Positions 10,101 through 25,100 of a stretch of DNA of 64,000 bases are shown here, piece after piece (within the stretch, counting starts at the first letter, position 1; every line of letters begins with the position of its first letter). This DNA comes from Pelagomonas calceolata (lineage: Eukaryota). The stretch lies in contig CAKKNE010000001.1 of assembly GCA_918797485.1 (NCBI GenBank), positions 3,720,001 to 3,784,000 of the forward strand, written 5' to 3'. The position numbers were made by a program, and so were the translations under genes. The notes beneath the pieces were generated by a model. It made no database searches and was not told the origin of the DNA. It saw only the letters and a program-made list of their open reading frames with translations.

Positions 10101-13100
10101 TTGGTGACCTGAACGTCGAGGTGATAGACGCTAGAACAGGCTTACCAGTACCTGATATAGCTCTAGTACTGAAAACATCAAACAGTGAAGTTGATTTAGG
10201 ACTACAGAGAGGAATAATAGAGGACATTCCCATGAGTGGAGGCGGAGCCATCGTCACTGCGGAAATTCTAGTGAAGAGTTGCGACCGCGTGCAGCTCGAG
10301 CCGACGCGTTTCGACCTGCGAGCAGGTGAGACGAATGACATCCAAGTGTTTGTAAGGGACGCGGACGTCGTGATCCATTGCGTGGACCAAGAAACGGGCG
10401 ACGCGTTGATCCCGGACGCCTGTTACCTGGAAGGTGGGACTACTTTAGATGCTTCTGACAGGTGTAGGGTCGTTGTTGAGAGAGACTACGAGGTGAGATG
10501 CGTCGTACCTAGATACCGACGGTTAGGCTCAAAACGTTTCAGAGTTACGCGAGACGACTTCCGGACGTTGACAGATGTGGAAACACCATATCAAGTAGTG
10601 GTGCATTTTGAGCCCTGTGAAGCAGATGTCGATTTGCGAGTCGAGGACGCGGCGACGGGTGCGGTGCTATCGAGGGCCCACGTTCGCATTGGCCCGCACT
10701 CCTTGGGCTGCACGCGCGGCTTGGAATCGCTACGGTTGCCTCCCTCGACTCGCCAAGTAACGTGGCCGGTAAGTGCCCAACAGCAGGGCTGGGTGCTTGT
10801 GGCACCTAGGGACGTGGAACTGCATGCCACGCCCCAGCACGACGACGATCCGCGCCAAATTACGATACTAATGCGGCGCTGCGAGGTCTTAGTGAGGTGT
10901 GTCGACGCGATGTCCCGAGAACCGCTCGATGCACACTGTTTGTTAGAACCTGCTAATGATACGACACCACAACCGTGGCGGCTGGACGACGCTGATGACG
11001 CTTGTGTGGTCGACGTTTCTGATACAGAGCGCACCGGTACCATAAAAAGCGTGGGCTCAGATCTATATGACGTGGCCCTAGATGATGGGAGTGAAGAACT
11101 GCGGTGTGCCGCCGAGGAATTGAAACGGGAAGACGGGACGGAACCATCGTCCTATCTTATTGAAGAGCGCGTCGTCGTCAAGCGGCCCCACAGCTATGTA
11201 GTAAGAGCTTCGTGCGACGGCCACCGCCAAGTAACACATTTGGAGGAGATGACTTTTGCAGAATCCGATTTCGCGGGCCTGCCCGTGCAGGCTCCCTTGA
11301 AGCTCGAGGTGGCCATGGAGGCCGTAGCTGGAGTGTTAGATATAAGTGTCGAGGATAAACGAGGAGCCAAAATAAGAACGTGCGAGGTCTGGCTCGACGG
11401 GGTCGCATTGGGGACGCAACGAGGGTTAATACCGATCAACCTGCCGGGCGGCGGGAAGCCCCACGAGGCGCGCGTCGACGTGTCGGCCCCTGGTTACGCG
11501 TTAGTAGGTCCTTCTCGTGTGACAGTGTTTGCGGGGCATACTACTCCATTGAAGATTAGGTTGGTCGCTACAAGATGCCTCATAAGAGTGGAGGATGCGC
11601 GCGACGGCGCGCCGATCGAGTGCCGCGTGTGCTTGGTGCGGGAACGGCCTAGGCCGCGCTTCGACGCGTTGCCGGCCTGGATTCGAGTTGGAGACCGCGT
11701 CGAGGCTAGATTGCAAGGAGACTGGGTCGAGGGCACGCTGGAGGGCGAAGACCCGTATGCGGTGCAATTCGACGATACCACGATACATAACTTCGAGCAG
11801 TGTGATTTGCGGCCGGTTTCTACCTATGACAAGGTCCTGGCGGATCCCGATCTAGATCCGGCCTTCGATGGTGCGGGAAAGAACTGGTGCGACTGGCGCA
11901 GTATGTCGCCATTGGCTATTGATTGCGCCCCGGCCTCGTACCGAGTATTGGTGCAGGACCCTCAAGGGGAGTTTCGCCAGGTCAGCCACTACGAGCCCGT
12001 GGAGTTCGACGTCGATGAGCTCGTGAAGTACAAGGCAGCAGCTCGAGAACACGGGAATGACTCGCTAGCTAGGAAACTGCTAGGGAAGAAAAAGCGGCGA
12101 CCGGAGAAGAAGTCCGGCTGGTTCTCTTGGTCTGCAAAGGAAGAGGAAGTGAAACCGCCGCCCCGGGAAGATGTAAGTGATGGAGACAAGCACGCGAAGG
12201 TGGCTCTCGTTGTGGTCCAGGTGGCTCCGAGAGTCGCCGCGGCCGATTTCAAAGTCGTAGATCAAAGTGGGAAAGCTTTAAAGGCCGACGTTGCGATAGG
12301 AGGCACGAACCTTGGGACACGAAGAGGGCGTGTGGAGTTGGACTGGTGCGCCATCGCGCCGGACGCCTTCCTGCCGCCGGCGTGCGCGTGGCGCCATGCC
12401 GCGGGTGCGAGGGCTGATGGTTCTGGTGTCCCTTGTGCGGTGGTCGCGACGTTGGATGGATATGTGCAGACCTCGGAGGACGTCATTCCATTTAGTTCGA
12501 CTGGTGTCACGTCCTTTAAAGTGGAGATGCGCAAGAGTACGCTTAGGGTCCAATGCTACGACGCCGCTACAAACCAAAAGCTGACGGACGTGGCCGTCGA
12601 CTTAGTGCCTTTAGATGGTCAAGTTGGTGTGAGGTGGACCGCCGGGAGTAGTCAACAACAAAGAGTTGCTGTAGGACGAGCTTATCGGGTCGTCGCGAGG
12701 GGCGGTCGGTTACGACAGACGACGCCGGCGGTTGACGAAGATGTGGTCTTTGGCCGAGCCGACTGGGCCCAACTATCAGATGATAAACCGGCCGAATTAA
12801 GAGTTATGTTGGAGCGAAGGGTCGCTACAGTGGAAGTTAAGGTGCTCGACGCCTCACGCCAACAGGAGACGCTGCTGACGCACGCGAGATGCAAGGTCGG
12901 GGCGACGCACTTCTCGCAAGCCGAAGGCTGGCAACAAGACGTGGACCTCCCCTGCGGGCGCCAGGCCATGCGCGAGATGCCGGCTCTCTGTTCGTTGGAC
13001 GACTACCTCCAATTACCGCCGAAGCGCTGCGACGTCTTCGTCGGCGACGCTCATAATGTCAATCTCGTGGAGCTGCGCATGCGGCCCTTGTCCGTTTGTC

Positions 13101-16100
13101 TCCGAGCGTCATCGTGCTACGACGACAAAGTTATAGAGGGTGTGAAATGGAGGTTGAGACCGGTCTCCCCTGACTTACCCTTAGTGCCGCTCGAAGCGAG
13201 ACTTGAACAAGTGTTGCGGTTGGGTCAGAAATACGTGTTAGAGTGTAGTGTCGACGGCTGGCGCCCCTGCGCGTCACAGGTAGAAGTCGAGGCGGACTCG
13301 CTCATAGCTAGGTTCGAGGGTATTGATCCCAAGGAACCCTTACCGTTGGACATCAAGTTCGAAGCGTCTTCCGTACCAGTACGACTCAATTCTGTCAGGA
13401 TAGAAAACGGAAATGATCCCGACGCGAGGACGTGTGTGGTGGAAGTTGCTGGTAGACGGGTGCCGTACGGTGCTGTCGTGGACATCCCTCTCCCCGAGGA
13501 TGTCGATGCGTCGCAAGGCTGTTCCCTGGACGTGACGGCGTCGTTGCCAGATCAATCATTGACGTTCCTCCCTCACCAAATAAAGTGCTTCCCGGGCAGT
13601 GGCGAAGTGACTCATGTCGATTGCGTCTTCAAGGCTCTCTATTTGTGTGTCACGGTCGTGGACACGATGGACCAGGAATTAGGGGACGCTTCCTATAGGT
13701 TGAACGGCGGTCCTCGTGTTAAATCCGGTTCAAGAGTGGCTGCTCACTTAGGTGAGTGTACAGTCGCGTGCGAAGCAAATGGCTGCCGCCAGACGACGTT
13801 CCTAGAACCTCTGACCTTGATGGAACAGGACTTCATTTCAACAAATGACGGCTTTGAACGTTCCATAAAGGTGGTCTGCGCGCCGAGGATGGCGACAGTA
13901 CTCGTCTCAGTGACCGACGCCACGACCAACGAAGCCCTGCATCGTGCCTCCATAGAAATGCGCCACGCTGATCAAATCGTGTGGTCGAGTGGAGGCACGC
14001 CGGCCGACCGCAAGGGAATCAGAAGAGCAATCTTAGACGACGTTCCGGGAGGCGGGGACGACGTCGAGCTCGCATGTGTTTGTAGTTTAGAAGGATACAC
14101 GCAGATCCAGCCCTTGACCTGTTTGATACGAGCTGGAAGCGCAACGGATGCCCCCTGGACCTGCGAGCTGCTGATGCGCAAGTTTTACGTTTCCGTGGAC
14201 GTCGTCGACAGCCACGGAAAACGCATGGAAGGTGCTGGCGTGGAATTACGATCCTCGAGGGACGTCGTCGCCTACCAGCCTAGCGACGTGAAGGAGCAGG
14301 CGCCGTTACCGATCCAGCTGGATACGTCATATAGCATCTATCCCATCATTTCATCGCTGAAGGGAGCCGGCGGCGAGTACGACTTCCGCGATCGGTGGCA
14401 CGCGGCGGACGCACCCATCGTCTTCTCCCGTAGCGACTTTGAGGTGCTTGAGAGGCGGGCCCGCGAGTCGTTGAAAAGGTCTGTCATGAAATCTGACGAC
14501 CCGCGGTACCCCTTCTTGAAGCGCGTCTGCGAGCGGCCGACGTGGCGCGCGTTGCATGCGTGGATCCAAGTGGCCGGTGTTAAAAGACAGGGCTTCGACG
14601 TGGCGCTGCCGCCCCTCAAATTGGCGGTGCGGGCGTGTCCCGGTCGCTGCTTGGTGGATCTGCGCGTCGTCGACGCGACGGGGGCGCCTTTATCTGATGC
14701 TGCTATTCGTATGAAAACTAGTGAGGAATGGACTACAATACAGCAGGGCGTGCAAGACATACGAGTCCCGGGCGGCGGGGATTTGAGAAAAGTGCATTTC
14801 GACGCTTCATTAGAGGGCCATTTGTTGGACAAGGAGCACGCTTGCGATCTACGAGCGACCTACGATGAAGATGAACCTACGCTAGTTCTGTTGAAGCTGT
14901 TTCCATTAAAACTTCGGATCAGGGTCACCGACGGCCTGGAACCGGCGCGCGGCGCTCGCATAACGATCATGGGCGGCGACGGCGAAGAGACGTCTCTTGT
15001 TAACAGAGAAGGCGTCGGTGAGACTTCATTAACATTGGATGAAGCGTTGGTAGTAACGGCCTCTACAGCTGTCACAAGACACGTGACGCTACGGTACTCG
15101 GCGGACGACGTGCGACGGTCGTGGGCCAATGCACCGGGCGCGCCCGTCACCTGCGACCTCGACCTCGCACGAGCGAACGCGCACGTTACAATCACCGTGA
15201 CTGATCTTGATGGAAAGATCCTCGAGGCCGCCGAGGTCGACTTTGGGGGCCGGCGCTTGACAAGCGGTGACGTCGTCGAGGTGCCGCCCTTGACGGAGCT
15301 GAAAGGCTGTTTCTTGTCAGGATACGTCTTAGATGCACCTTCAGTAGGGTGGCGCGTCCCGACTGATGCAGATGAGGTCGCGTTGTGTGTCAAGATGCGC
15401 CCGACCTTGGTCACTTCCAGACTTGTCGACGCGCGGAGCGGAACTATTGTGGATACGCCCGCCGACGTGACGTTAACATCACAAGATGGCACGACGATCT
15501 CGGGACAAGTCGGCGATGCGTTACATATCACGTGTGACGTACCTTATGATATTCGAGTGACGTCTTCGACAGATCTAAAACAGGTCAGCCACCGCGACGG
15601 CGTCACGTTTACGCCCCAGGAGTCTCTGCTGGACATTAGGGTCGACGTGCCGTCACGATTAGTCGTGGATGTGCGCGACGCCGACACGAACGCGCCTTTA
15701 CTGGATGCGGTTTTGAGTTTGAACGGCACCATTGTTAGTAGAGGCGCCGTCGACGGCTTTGAGCGGTGCACCTCCCTCGACGTCGAGGCGACGCTATCTT
15801 CATATATCCAGCTCACTCCAACAAAAGTCGCTCTCGACCCTTCCCGTAAAACGTCGCTGGTCGTGACGATGCGGGCTTGTAGAGTGATGGTGGACGTGCA
15901 GGACGTGGCGGACGCGCGCATCCGCGTCGACGATCGACAAATAGACGACTGGCGCGTCGAGCCGGGCCGCGAATATACAATAGAGGTCGTCGCCGAGGGA
16001 CGGGAAGTGTATAGGGAGAAAGTACGGTTTGGGGCTGCTTTATTTATTGACGGGCCCTTCACGCATTTGGTGGAATTGAATGCGGCTGCTGTTCAGGTGG

Positions 16101-19100
16101 ATGTGAGCGTCGTCGACGCGACGGGGACTTCATTAAATGACGCGGAGGTCGTTCTAGGTGAAATGGAAGTAGGCCGCGACCGGGGTTTAACGGAAGTGCC
16201 TCTCCCGTCTTCGAGGAACATTGACGTGGCCTGCCGTTTGCCAGGCTTCGTGCTGATGAAACCGCGCTCACTAACAATAAAACGGGGCGAGACCACGACC
16301 TGTCGACTCACGATGCGACCGTCCATGGTCACGCATTCCTTGGAGGGCGCCTCCGTCGAGTTGATAGGTGTGGATGGTGTTGTAGCATTGCCGGGCATTG
16401 TGCAAGTGGGCCAGACCTATACTCTGTACAGTAACACGCACAACGTCGAGGCGCGCTCCATCACTTTTAAAGATGGCGACTGGGACTCCCTGAGAAATGA
16501 CGAAGCTCTAGAGGTCAAGGTCGGCGTCGCCGCGTCGTCAGAAGGCATTGTTCAAGAGGAAAGCGACCTCGTGGACGTGTCCGTGACAGTCGTGGATATT
16601 GATGGAGGCGAGCTTCCGAACGCTTCGGTCAGTCTCGGCTCTACGATGATAGGCACTTCCCGTAAAGGTAGAGTTGGCAGAGGCGCGGTGCCCGTCAGAG
16701 CGACATGCCCGGGCTACGCTTTGGTTGGACCGCGTTCTTATGCTGGTGAAGCCCATTTGCGCCTTATGATGAGGCGGGCCCGCGTTCGATGTAGAGCCTT
16801 GGTGGACGGCGCGGAATTAACAGGAGCGCGCGTCTTGTTCGACAACGACGCTCGAGACTGTATGGAACCAGACCAGTCCTACGCCGTGACCGTGGCCCTG
16901 GAAGATGATGATTACCGCATCAGTGGGGCGGTAGCGAGGTGGCCGGGCGGGAGTCGTTCTTGGAACAACGCCTACGTGACTATCGCATTGCCGCACGACG
17001 CCTGGGCCGAAAAGTCGGAAGTGCAATTTGATCTAAACTTGGTCGCGACGACGGCCGACTTGATGGTGGACATCCGTGAAGAATCAACGGGCTTCCCCGT
17101 GGCTGACGCTTCATTCACGGTAGCGATTGGAGATGATGTATCAACATTTACGGACGCGCGCGGCGTTTTGAGAGTCGCCGTCCCGTCAAAACGCGTCGAC
17201 GCGGTCCTGGAGTGTGACGCTTCGGGCTGCGCGGCGTGGTCTCGAAAACTGTCGCTGCGCGCGGGTTCTAGAACCGAGGTCGAAATACAATTGCGACGCC
17301 TTGAGGGAGACGACGCGTCGTCGTATGAGACGCGGTCCCTGCGGCCCACTACCGAAAGAACATTGGACGACGTCTGGGCCGCTTCTAGAAGATGCCTCGC
17401 GGAGGCGCAATCCGAAACAAGGCCGGCAATGATCAGGGCGGACCTCGACAGGTATGTATTGTTGAGACCGAAGACCGTGGACCTCTCCTACTCGAATACG
17501 GTGCAGCCGTTGACAGTTTGTATGAGACGGTGCAATTTGAGGGGGCGGTGCTACGATGTCAGAGACGGTTCGTTGCTAGATGCTGCTGTGGAAATCGAGG
17601 CGCGGGACCCGGAGCGCGGTCCAGCCTCGCATGGCGACGTTGTGTTGAACGCGAGCTATGCCCTACGATCTAATAAAGAGGGCTGGCGCCAGGTCACGTC
17701 ATTAGGGCCGGTGACGCCGCTCGCGCGCCACTTTTCTGATGGTGATGCCAAGAAGCCGTTGGACGTCTTTATCGGATTGGAGCCGACCCATATTAATTTG
17801 AGAGTGCGCGTGGAACCGGCGGACGCCACCGTTACGGTCCAGGGCTTGTCTGTCAAGAGTGGTCCCTCAACCCTAAAAGTCGAAGACCTTAAGTCAAGGT
17901 GGGTCAAGCACGGCGATTCTCTAGCCTTACCGTTGAAGGTCGAAGCATCCAAAGACGGCTACGTCTCGCATACAACGACTATTTATGCTCGTGCGATGCC
18001 GCACCGCACCGACATAAACATAAAGATGCGCCCTGCTCAAATTTGTATACGGTGCGTCTCCACGGAAGGTATTGTGATAGAGGACGCGATTGATGTGGTC
18101 GTCGAGAACGAGCGCCACTCATTAAAATTCGGCGGCATGGACGAAAGTGTCTTTGGGGCGTGGGTCGCGACGCAAAAAAAAGTGAATAGAAGGGACCGGT
18201 CGCCGGCGCTGCAAGCGTTACTGGAGCATGAAGCCGACGTACGTTCAGAATTATTTGCTGCTGGTAAGGCGGCGTCGTCAGCACGGGTGCTAGAGGTCTT
18301 CACGACGCGCGGCGGTGCCGACGGCGCGCGCCTCGCGGCTCAAGCGGGCCGGTCTAGTAGAGGAGGTGTGGTGGTCGGCGCATCATACACCATAAGAGCG
18401 ACCCACGCGGACTACCTCTCTGATGTGATGGAAAGGCGCTTCGACTCAAATGCCTTTACTGGCAATGGGCCTTTGATTGTTGACGTGCCCTTGGTCCCGG
18501 TCTACTGCGACGTTGTTTTGAGGGTCATTGATGCATCAACAGGCAACGACATTACGGATGGCGACGCGTCGATACACGGTATACGTCTCGGGGAGAGACG
18601 TACGGCGCGATTGCGGCTCTTCGAGCACAGCCGGGAGCCACTCGACGCGGATGTGGTCGTTACGCATAAAACGTACGCTCAAGTTCAAAGTACCTACGAG
18701 CAGCTCAGGCCCGGACCGGTTCTCACGTATACGGTGCGGATGAGACCGACGCGAGTCCTTGTCACACCGACGCACGGTAATGAACCGGTGCCGCTGGCAA
18801 GATGTTCGTTGGTAACGGAGGACAAAGTTCTAGACGCGAATGGGCCTGTCTTGATCGAGTTAAATGTAGCTTACAGAGTACGGGTCGAGCACGCTTCACT
18901 CATAAAAATAGGCGACGACCTTGTAACGTTTAGGAAGGAGCAGTTCTTGGATGATGAACTGTATACACTCAATGTCGAGATGGCCGACAGAGGTGCTTCC
19001 GTCGCCATCGAGGTCGTGGACGAAACGACCGGAGACGCGATCGATGGCCACGTGAAGCTGAGCGGTGTTGAGGTCGGTTCTAGTGTCGACGACGTTACTT

Positions 19101-22100
19101 GGAGAAGGTGCTTTCCCGTGAGAGCGACGTGTATTCACCCGTCAATGTCATTAGTGAAGGCTACGTTACGCGTCGAGCGCGGCGCCGATACGACAGAAGA
19201 TGAAGTTAAAGCATCTAGTGAAGGTGCCCTCGTCCCTTCATATACGCCGAAGGCCGACGAAGGGGCCACGCTCATCCTCAAGCTGCGCTCGCTCCAGTTT
19301 CGCGTTACCTGTACACACGCTGCTGATTCTTCTTTCGTATTTGACGACGCGTCGTTAACCATAGCGCCGCGCGACGCCACGATTAGTACAAGTCTAAAAG
19401 TGGAGAAGCAAGCCAATGGCTGGCTCGTGTCTCAATTGCCGCCCTGTGCGCATGGCTACAGCGTCTGGTGCGCCGTCGGTGGCGCGGCACAAAACAAAGC
19501 TTGCGTCGTGACGCTGGACGAGTTATTGAGAGCGCCGCGGGGCGAAGTTTTTGAGACAATGGTGACGATGGAGCCCATTGACGGCGACATTAATCTAAAC
19601 GTCTCGGACGGCGAGGGGTCGGACGTTGCTTTAGGCGCGCACCGCGTCGGCGGCTGGCGCGGCGCCATTCGGTTAATAGGCGTCTCCACCGGTAGTCTGG
19701 AGGTCGATTCAAACGCGGACGCTTTGGTAGGAGAGTGCCGCGTGCGCGCGGGTGCTTCCCAGCACGTCGCGCTTCGTAGGAGGCGCACTACGGTAGATGT
19801 GGTGGCAAAGTGCGACGGCGCCGTCCTCGAAGACGTGAGATGTTCGTTAAGAGATCAAGACGGTACAATGTTAGATCTGCCGGGGGCCGTCGTCGTTTCT
19901 ACACAAATGGGAACGCGCGACGGGGCTGATGTTTTACTAGACGGCGGCGCACGCGTCAAGGTGCCCAATCATTTAATCGAGGGCGATCGACGAGTCAAGG
20001 TCCCGCGCCGCTACTACACGCTGGAAGTGTCTCGAAGCGGCTACCGCCAAGTGTCACAGAGAGATGTCCAGTTCGCGTTCACGGCCGACCAGTTTGTCAA
20101 CGGAAAGCATCTGCTGGAAGTGGAGATGGAGCGGTGCGGCGCCGAGCTGAGCTTCGACGTTGTTGATAGTTGGGGGAAGCCCTTGGAGGGCGTTGCGCTG
20201 GCGGTGGACGGTGCGCCCGTCTTGGACGGGCGCTGCGGCGTCGAGACTGGTGTTGAGGAAGTGTCTGTCGTGGCTACAAAGGAGGGCTACGTGCAGCTCA
20301 CGCCCGTAGCCACGCGGATGTCGGGACGGGACACGCGTGTCCGGGTCGCGCTAGGGTCATATCGGCTCCACGCCGCCGTCGTCGATGCTGATGGTAAACC
20401 AGTGAACGAATGCGACGTCGACGTCTATTTGAATGATCAATGTATGCAACGGTTGGGACGGTTTAGGAGGAACGTCTTCGTGGCGCCGTCTCTCGAGAAA
20501 TTTGCCTTCCGGGCGTCACTAGAAGGGTGGCACACGGCCGAAGAAAATGTGGACGCGCGGCTCATCGCCCAGCACTCTTCCCGAACCCAGGCGTTCACGT
20601 CCGTCAAGTTCGGGGCGGCCTTCGCATCCAACGAGAGGACGTACTCGCAACGGATGTACCTCGCGGATCGAAGCCGTCTACCGGAGAATTATCCAAGGCA
20701 GTCGCCGCGCGAGACGGCTTGTAGGCGGTTGAAATGCTGGGACGAGATGCGGGCGTTCTTTGCCTGGCGTCTTAATACGGATCTGGTCCCGCAAGCGACG
20801 CCTGAGGTGGGCCGCCACGGCGCCGTCGTTCTGGTCGTCGAGAAGGACGCACCCGTAGCCCCGGAAGTGACGTCCGTGGAAGAAGACGCCCCGGAGAAGA
20901 CCGCGCGCTTCCACGTCGTTAATGTAAGAACGAACAATGCATTGCCCGACGCCCAATTAGTGGTGGACGGCTCCAGACAGGCCCAGGGCATCGTCGCCTC
21001 TTCATCAGATTCTGTAGAGGTACGCTGCGAGCTCGAGGGCTACGTCCAGCTCGGGGAGACCACGCACTCGTTGGACACGGGCACCAATGCCGACATGGCG
21101 GCCTTTGCATTAGACTCTGTCGAGTTAAGGATGCGGCCGCGCGACGTGCGGTTGTGCATCATTGGCGAGGATGAAGCACCGGTCGAGGGCGTCTCCGTCG
21201 TTCTGACGCCTGGAGACATCAGCGTGACGCACGACTCCGTGCTCGTGCTGAGTGGTGAAGTTTATAAGGTTACGTGTGCGACGCCGGGCTGGGTTTGTGG
21301 TTCCGATACCTTGGAGGTCTCCACTGAAGCGTTCCGTGCGTCGGAAGCGGTGTTAGTGAGAGAGTTGAGGGTGGAGCGCGCGCGCGTCGCCGTGGACGTG
21401 GAGGTTATCGACGTGGCCACTGGTGAAATGATCCCGGACGTTTCCGTGACCATCGGCGGCGTAGCCATTGAACATGGGTCGCTGCCCTACGATGCCACGC
21501 AGGGCGACCAATCTATTGAGGTGGCCTTCGCCGAGGAGTCCTGGATCGTATTACGGCCAATCACAGTAAACCTCGAAGATACAACATCAATAAGGGTGGA
21601 GTGCCGCCGGTGTTCTTGTATCGTGAGCGTCGTGGAGCAGTATACAAGTAAGACGCTCGAAAGTGCAAGGGTGACCTGTGGCGATGTTGAGTATGAGGCG
21701 GGTTCTGTTTTCGAGGTGAAGCCCGGGTCCTATCCTTTATCAATCACGCTGGAGGGCGCCGAGACCATACAGGAGTACACGCTAGATGCGTCCCCAGAAG
21801 CCTTCTCGTCCCTGGAAGACGACCAGCCCATGATCCTAACAGTCGAAATGCGCGCGACACACTCATTACTAGATCTGAGGGTGGAAGATGAAAATGGACA
21901 ACTGTTGGACGATGCTACCATCTTTTTGGACGGCGAGGCCCACACACCAGGTTTGGTACGTAAGCCTTTCGCTGATGACGATGAGAAAACGTTCTCCGTT
22001 TATGCGAGCAAACCTGGATACGCCTTTGCGGGGCCCTCCTCCTTCAGCGTGTCGCGGGCGAAGATCGGTATGACGCGTCAATTGGTCGTGAGGATGCGCC

Positions 22101-25100
22101 CCGCTCTCGTACGGTGTACAGTAGTCGACGAAGACGGTTCTGCGTTGGACGCTGTCGTAAGGCTCACGCCTCCATCAGGACCGGAAGTCAACGACGTCGT
22201 CGATGTGGATACGGTATACAAGGTGGACTGTACGTTGAGGAAGTATCATAGATCTGGTATAAGGTGCGACTATGGTACCGTAAGTCGAGAGGGCGACGCC
22301 TTTTGTATTCAGTTCACGGACGCGGACTTCATGCGATCGTCGGCTCCACTGGAAGTAGAAGTCACGATGGAGCCCGCGCGCTGTGTCATTGACCTGTCGC
22401 TGGTCGAGGAGACTTCGACTGAGTCTGTTCTAGATACGATTTTAGTCGACATTGGACAGCGGGGCTTTTCGACGGACCGGAGGTGGTCCGCTTCATTGTC
22501 CGAGCTTCCGGAAAGACTGTCAATTGCTATCAGAGCGACGAAGCACGTCCTCGTGGGGCCGACGGTCGTGACTGCTGTCGAGGACGTGGTCGCGCAGACG
22601 CTGTGTGTCCGGCCCGCGCTTGTTGAAGCTCTGGTGTATGACGAAGATCATCAGCAAGTAGAGGGCGCGGACGTCTGGCTGAAGCCTTTGGACGACGTGC
22701 ATGCAGCTTCTCTCGTTGTCCTCGAGGCAGGTGTACAAAAACAATGTCTCGTGGAACTCGGGCGGGAGTACGCCGTGACCTGCCGCAAGGAACGTTTTCA
22801 TACAAATTGCGCCACCTTCAAAGCCACGGCCGATCAACTAAGGGCGTTGGCACCTGGTTCATGTTTGAGGCTCGAGATCGAGGCGCGGCGGACGCAGTAC
22901 AAGAGCGTCGACGTCCAAGTACGGGGCCTCTACGACGTTGGTAGTGGTGAAAAAGACCCAGCAACCTTAGCCTCGGTGTCGATCAACGACGTGGACCTGG
23001 GGCCAACGAGAGGTCTTAGGGACGTCGCGGCGGCCGATACCACTCTAAGCACGTCATGCAGGTTGCGGGGCTGGGCCCAGCTGCCGCCCTACGCCGTCCC
23101 CGTTGTTGAAGATGTTACACCTATCAACTTGGAGATGGTGCCCGCGTTGATCCGAGCCGTGGCTGACGTCGAGGTAGAATGCTGGCTCGAGACTGAGGGA
23201 GACACGATCCAAGTGCCCACGATTGGGTGGACAAGGGTCCAGGTTGGTATGGAGTATACGTTGCGGGCGCGCGCTCCGGGCATGCGCCTCGCTTCCAGTA
23301 AAAGCGTGACCTTCACAAGAGAGCAGTTCTGGGAGGCGTCGCGTCAAATGGAGGCGCCGCCGTCCTCGTCCAGTCCCGTCGTCGTCTCCTTAGATTTAGT
23401 CCTGGAACCGTCAACATGTCAGGTGGAGCTGGAGGTGAATAACGACGACTGCAGCTTGACGCTCGAAAGGTCGGGCCTGCCCGACCTGAGCTTGCAACGA
23501 GGCTCGCAGGTCGTCGAGGGGCTACCCTCATCAAGCGTTTCTTCCACACTACGCGCATCCCTCAAAGGCCACGCGCAACTGAAACCGCTCGGACCCATTA
23601 CATTAGTGGCGGCCCAAAGGCACGCCGTCTCCATTGAGATGAGGCCGGCGACCGTTCTATGCAAATGTATTGATGCGCGGACGGGTGCGGAGTTGGTGCA
23701 TGCGCGCGTCCGTTATGAGGGAGGCGGAGACGTGCGGTACGGAGGTCGTCGCTCACCGGTCGTCGTGGACCCGGCCCATTACCGGGGCTGTATTATTGAA
23801 GAGAGGGTCGGCGACGCCTACCGCATTTTGAGAGATGACGGCGAATCGGTAATAGTGGATGCGGACCGCTTGCGCGGCTCTTCGCCAGAGTGGACCGCGC
23901 TCGAGCAAGGACCGCCCTTGAATTATGTGTACGAGGTCAACCAACACGTATGGAATGGAAAGCGCCACGGCACCATCGCGTCCATCAAAGACACGACGTA
24001 TCGTGTGGAGTTCGAGGACGGCGCGGCCGATGTGGATGCGTCGAGGTTGAGGCCTTTGAACTATGATTTCAGGCGGCACCTACCTCCGGGATTGCGGTGC
24101 GAGGTGCGCACGGGCGGCTCATATCAAATCACGGCGGAGCTGAAGGGCTGGCGCCAGCTCGACTACACGTCTCCGCACGTCTTCGAGAACGAGGCGTTTG
24201 TTGCATTGGGCGGTCCCGTCAAGCCCGATATTCAAGAATGGGACGCTTCTGTAGTGACGCCGTTGTCCACATCAAGCAAGTCGTTGTGGACGCGCTTTTT
24301 GAAGCCCGATTTAGGAAGAGCTCTGAGGACGTGGCACCTCGGCGCGGAGGCGACGCGTGAGGCTCGTGCTCAAGATGGTAAACTAATAGCGCCTCCGTTG
24401 CGACTGGCGATGCGTTTGGTGCCGGGCGTCGGGTCTGTCGACCTCAGTGTCACGTGCGATCATGTGGACGTGGACGCGGACATTTCCCTGATTCCCGTAC
24501 AGGAAAGTAAAGCGGACCCTTCCATAGTTCTAGGGGAACGACGGGGCATCATAAACAATTTGGAGGTGGCCGGCGCCGGCGAGCCTGCTTTGTACAAAGT
24601 ACGGGCCAAAAAGTTTGGGTACAGGGTGATGGAGCCCTCTACCATTTCCCTAAAAGCGGGCGCGTGCACTGCTGTCTCCGTCCAGTTGGCGCGCTGCCTG
24701 GCCAACGTAAACTTGAACGTTTCAGGAAAGCCGTTTGTGGGAGACGCAATTGTGCGAGTGGTTTCGAATGAAGTGGTCCTGGCGAGCGTCGAGGCGCGAG
24801 ACGGTAAATGTGCAGTGCCCGTGGATCCAAGGGTGGCAAGCAAGTTGGTGGTGGACGCCGATCGGCACGAGCAGATTTCAGCATTAAACAACGTGACCTG
24901 GGCTCCTTCCGATTTTGAGAAAGGCGTGACCGTAGACATCGCCCTCAGGGCCATTGCCGTCACGTTGGACGTGTCTGTGGTCGACGCCGCTTCCCGTAAA
25001 GAACTACCGGCGGCAGATGTAAGAGTGGGCGGCATCGATTTAGGGAAGAGGCGCGGTTTTGTTGAATTGAGCGACCTCTCCCAAACGGGACTCGTACGAA

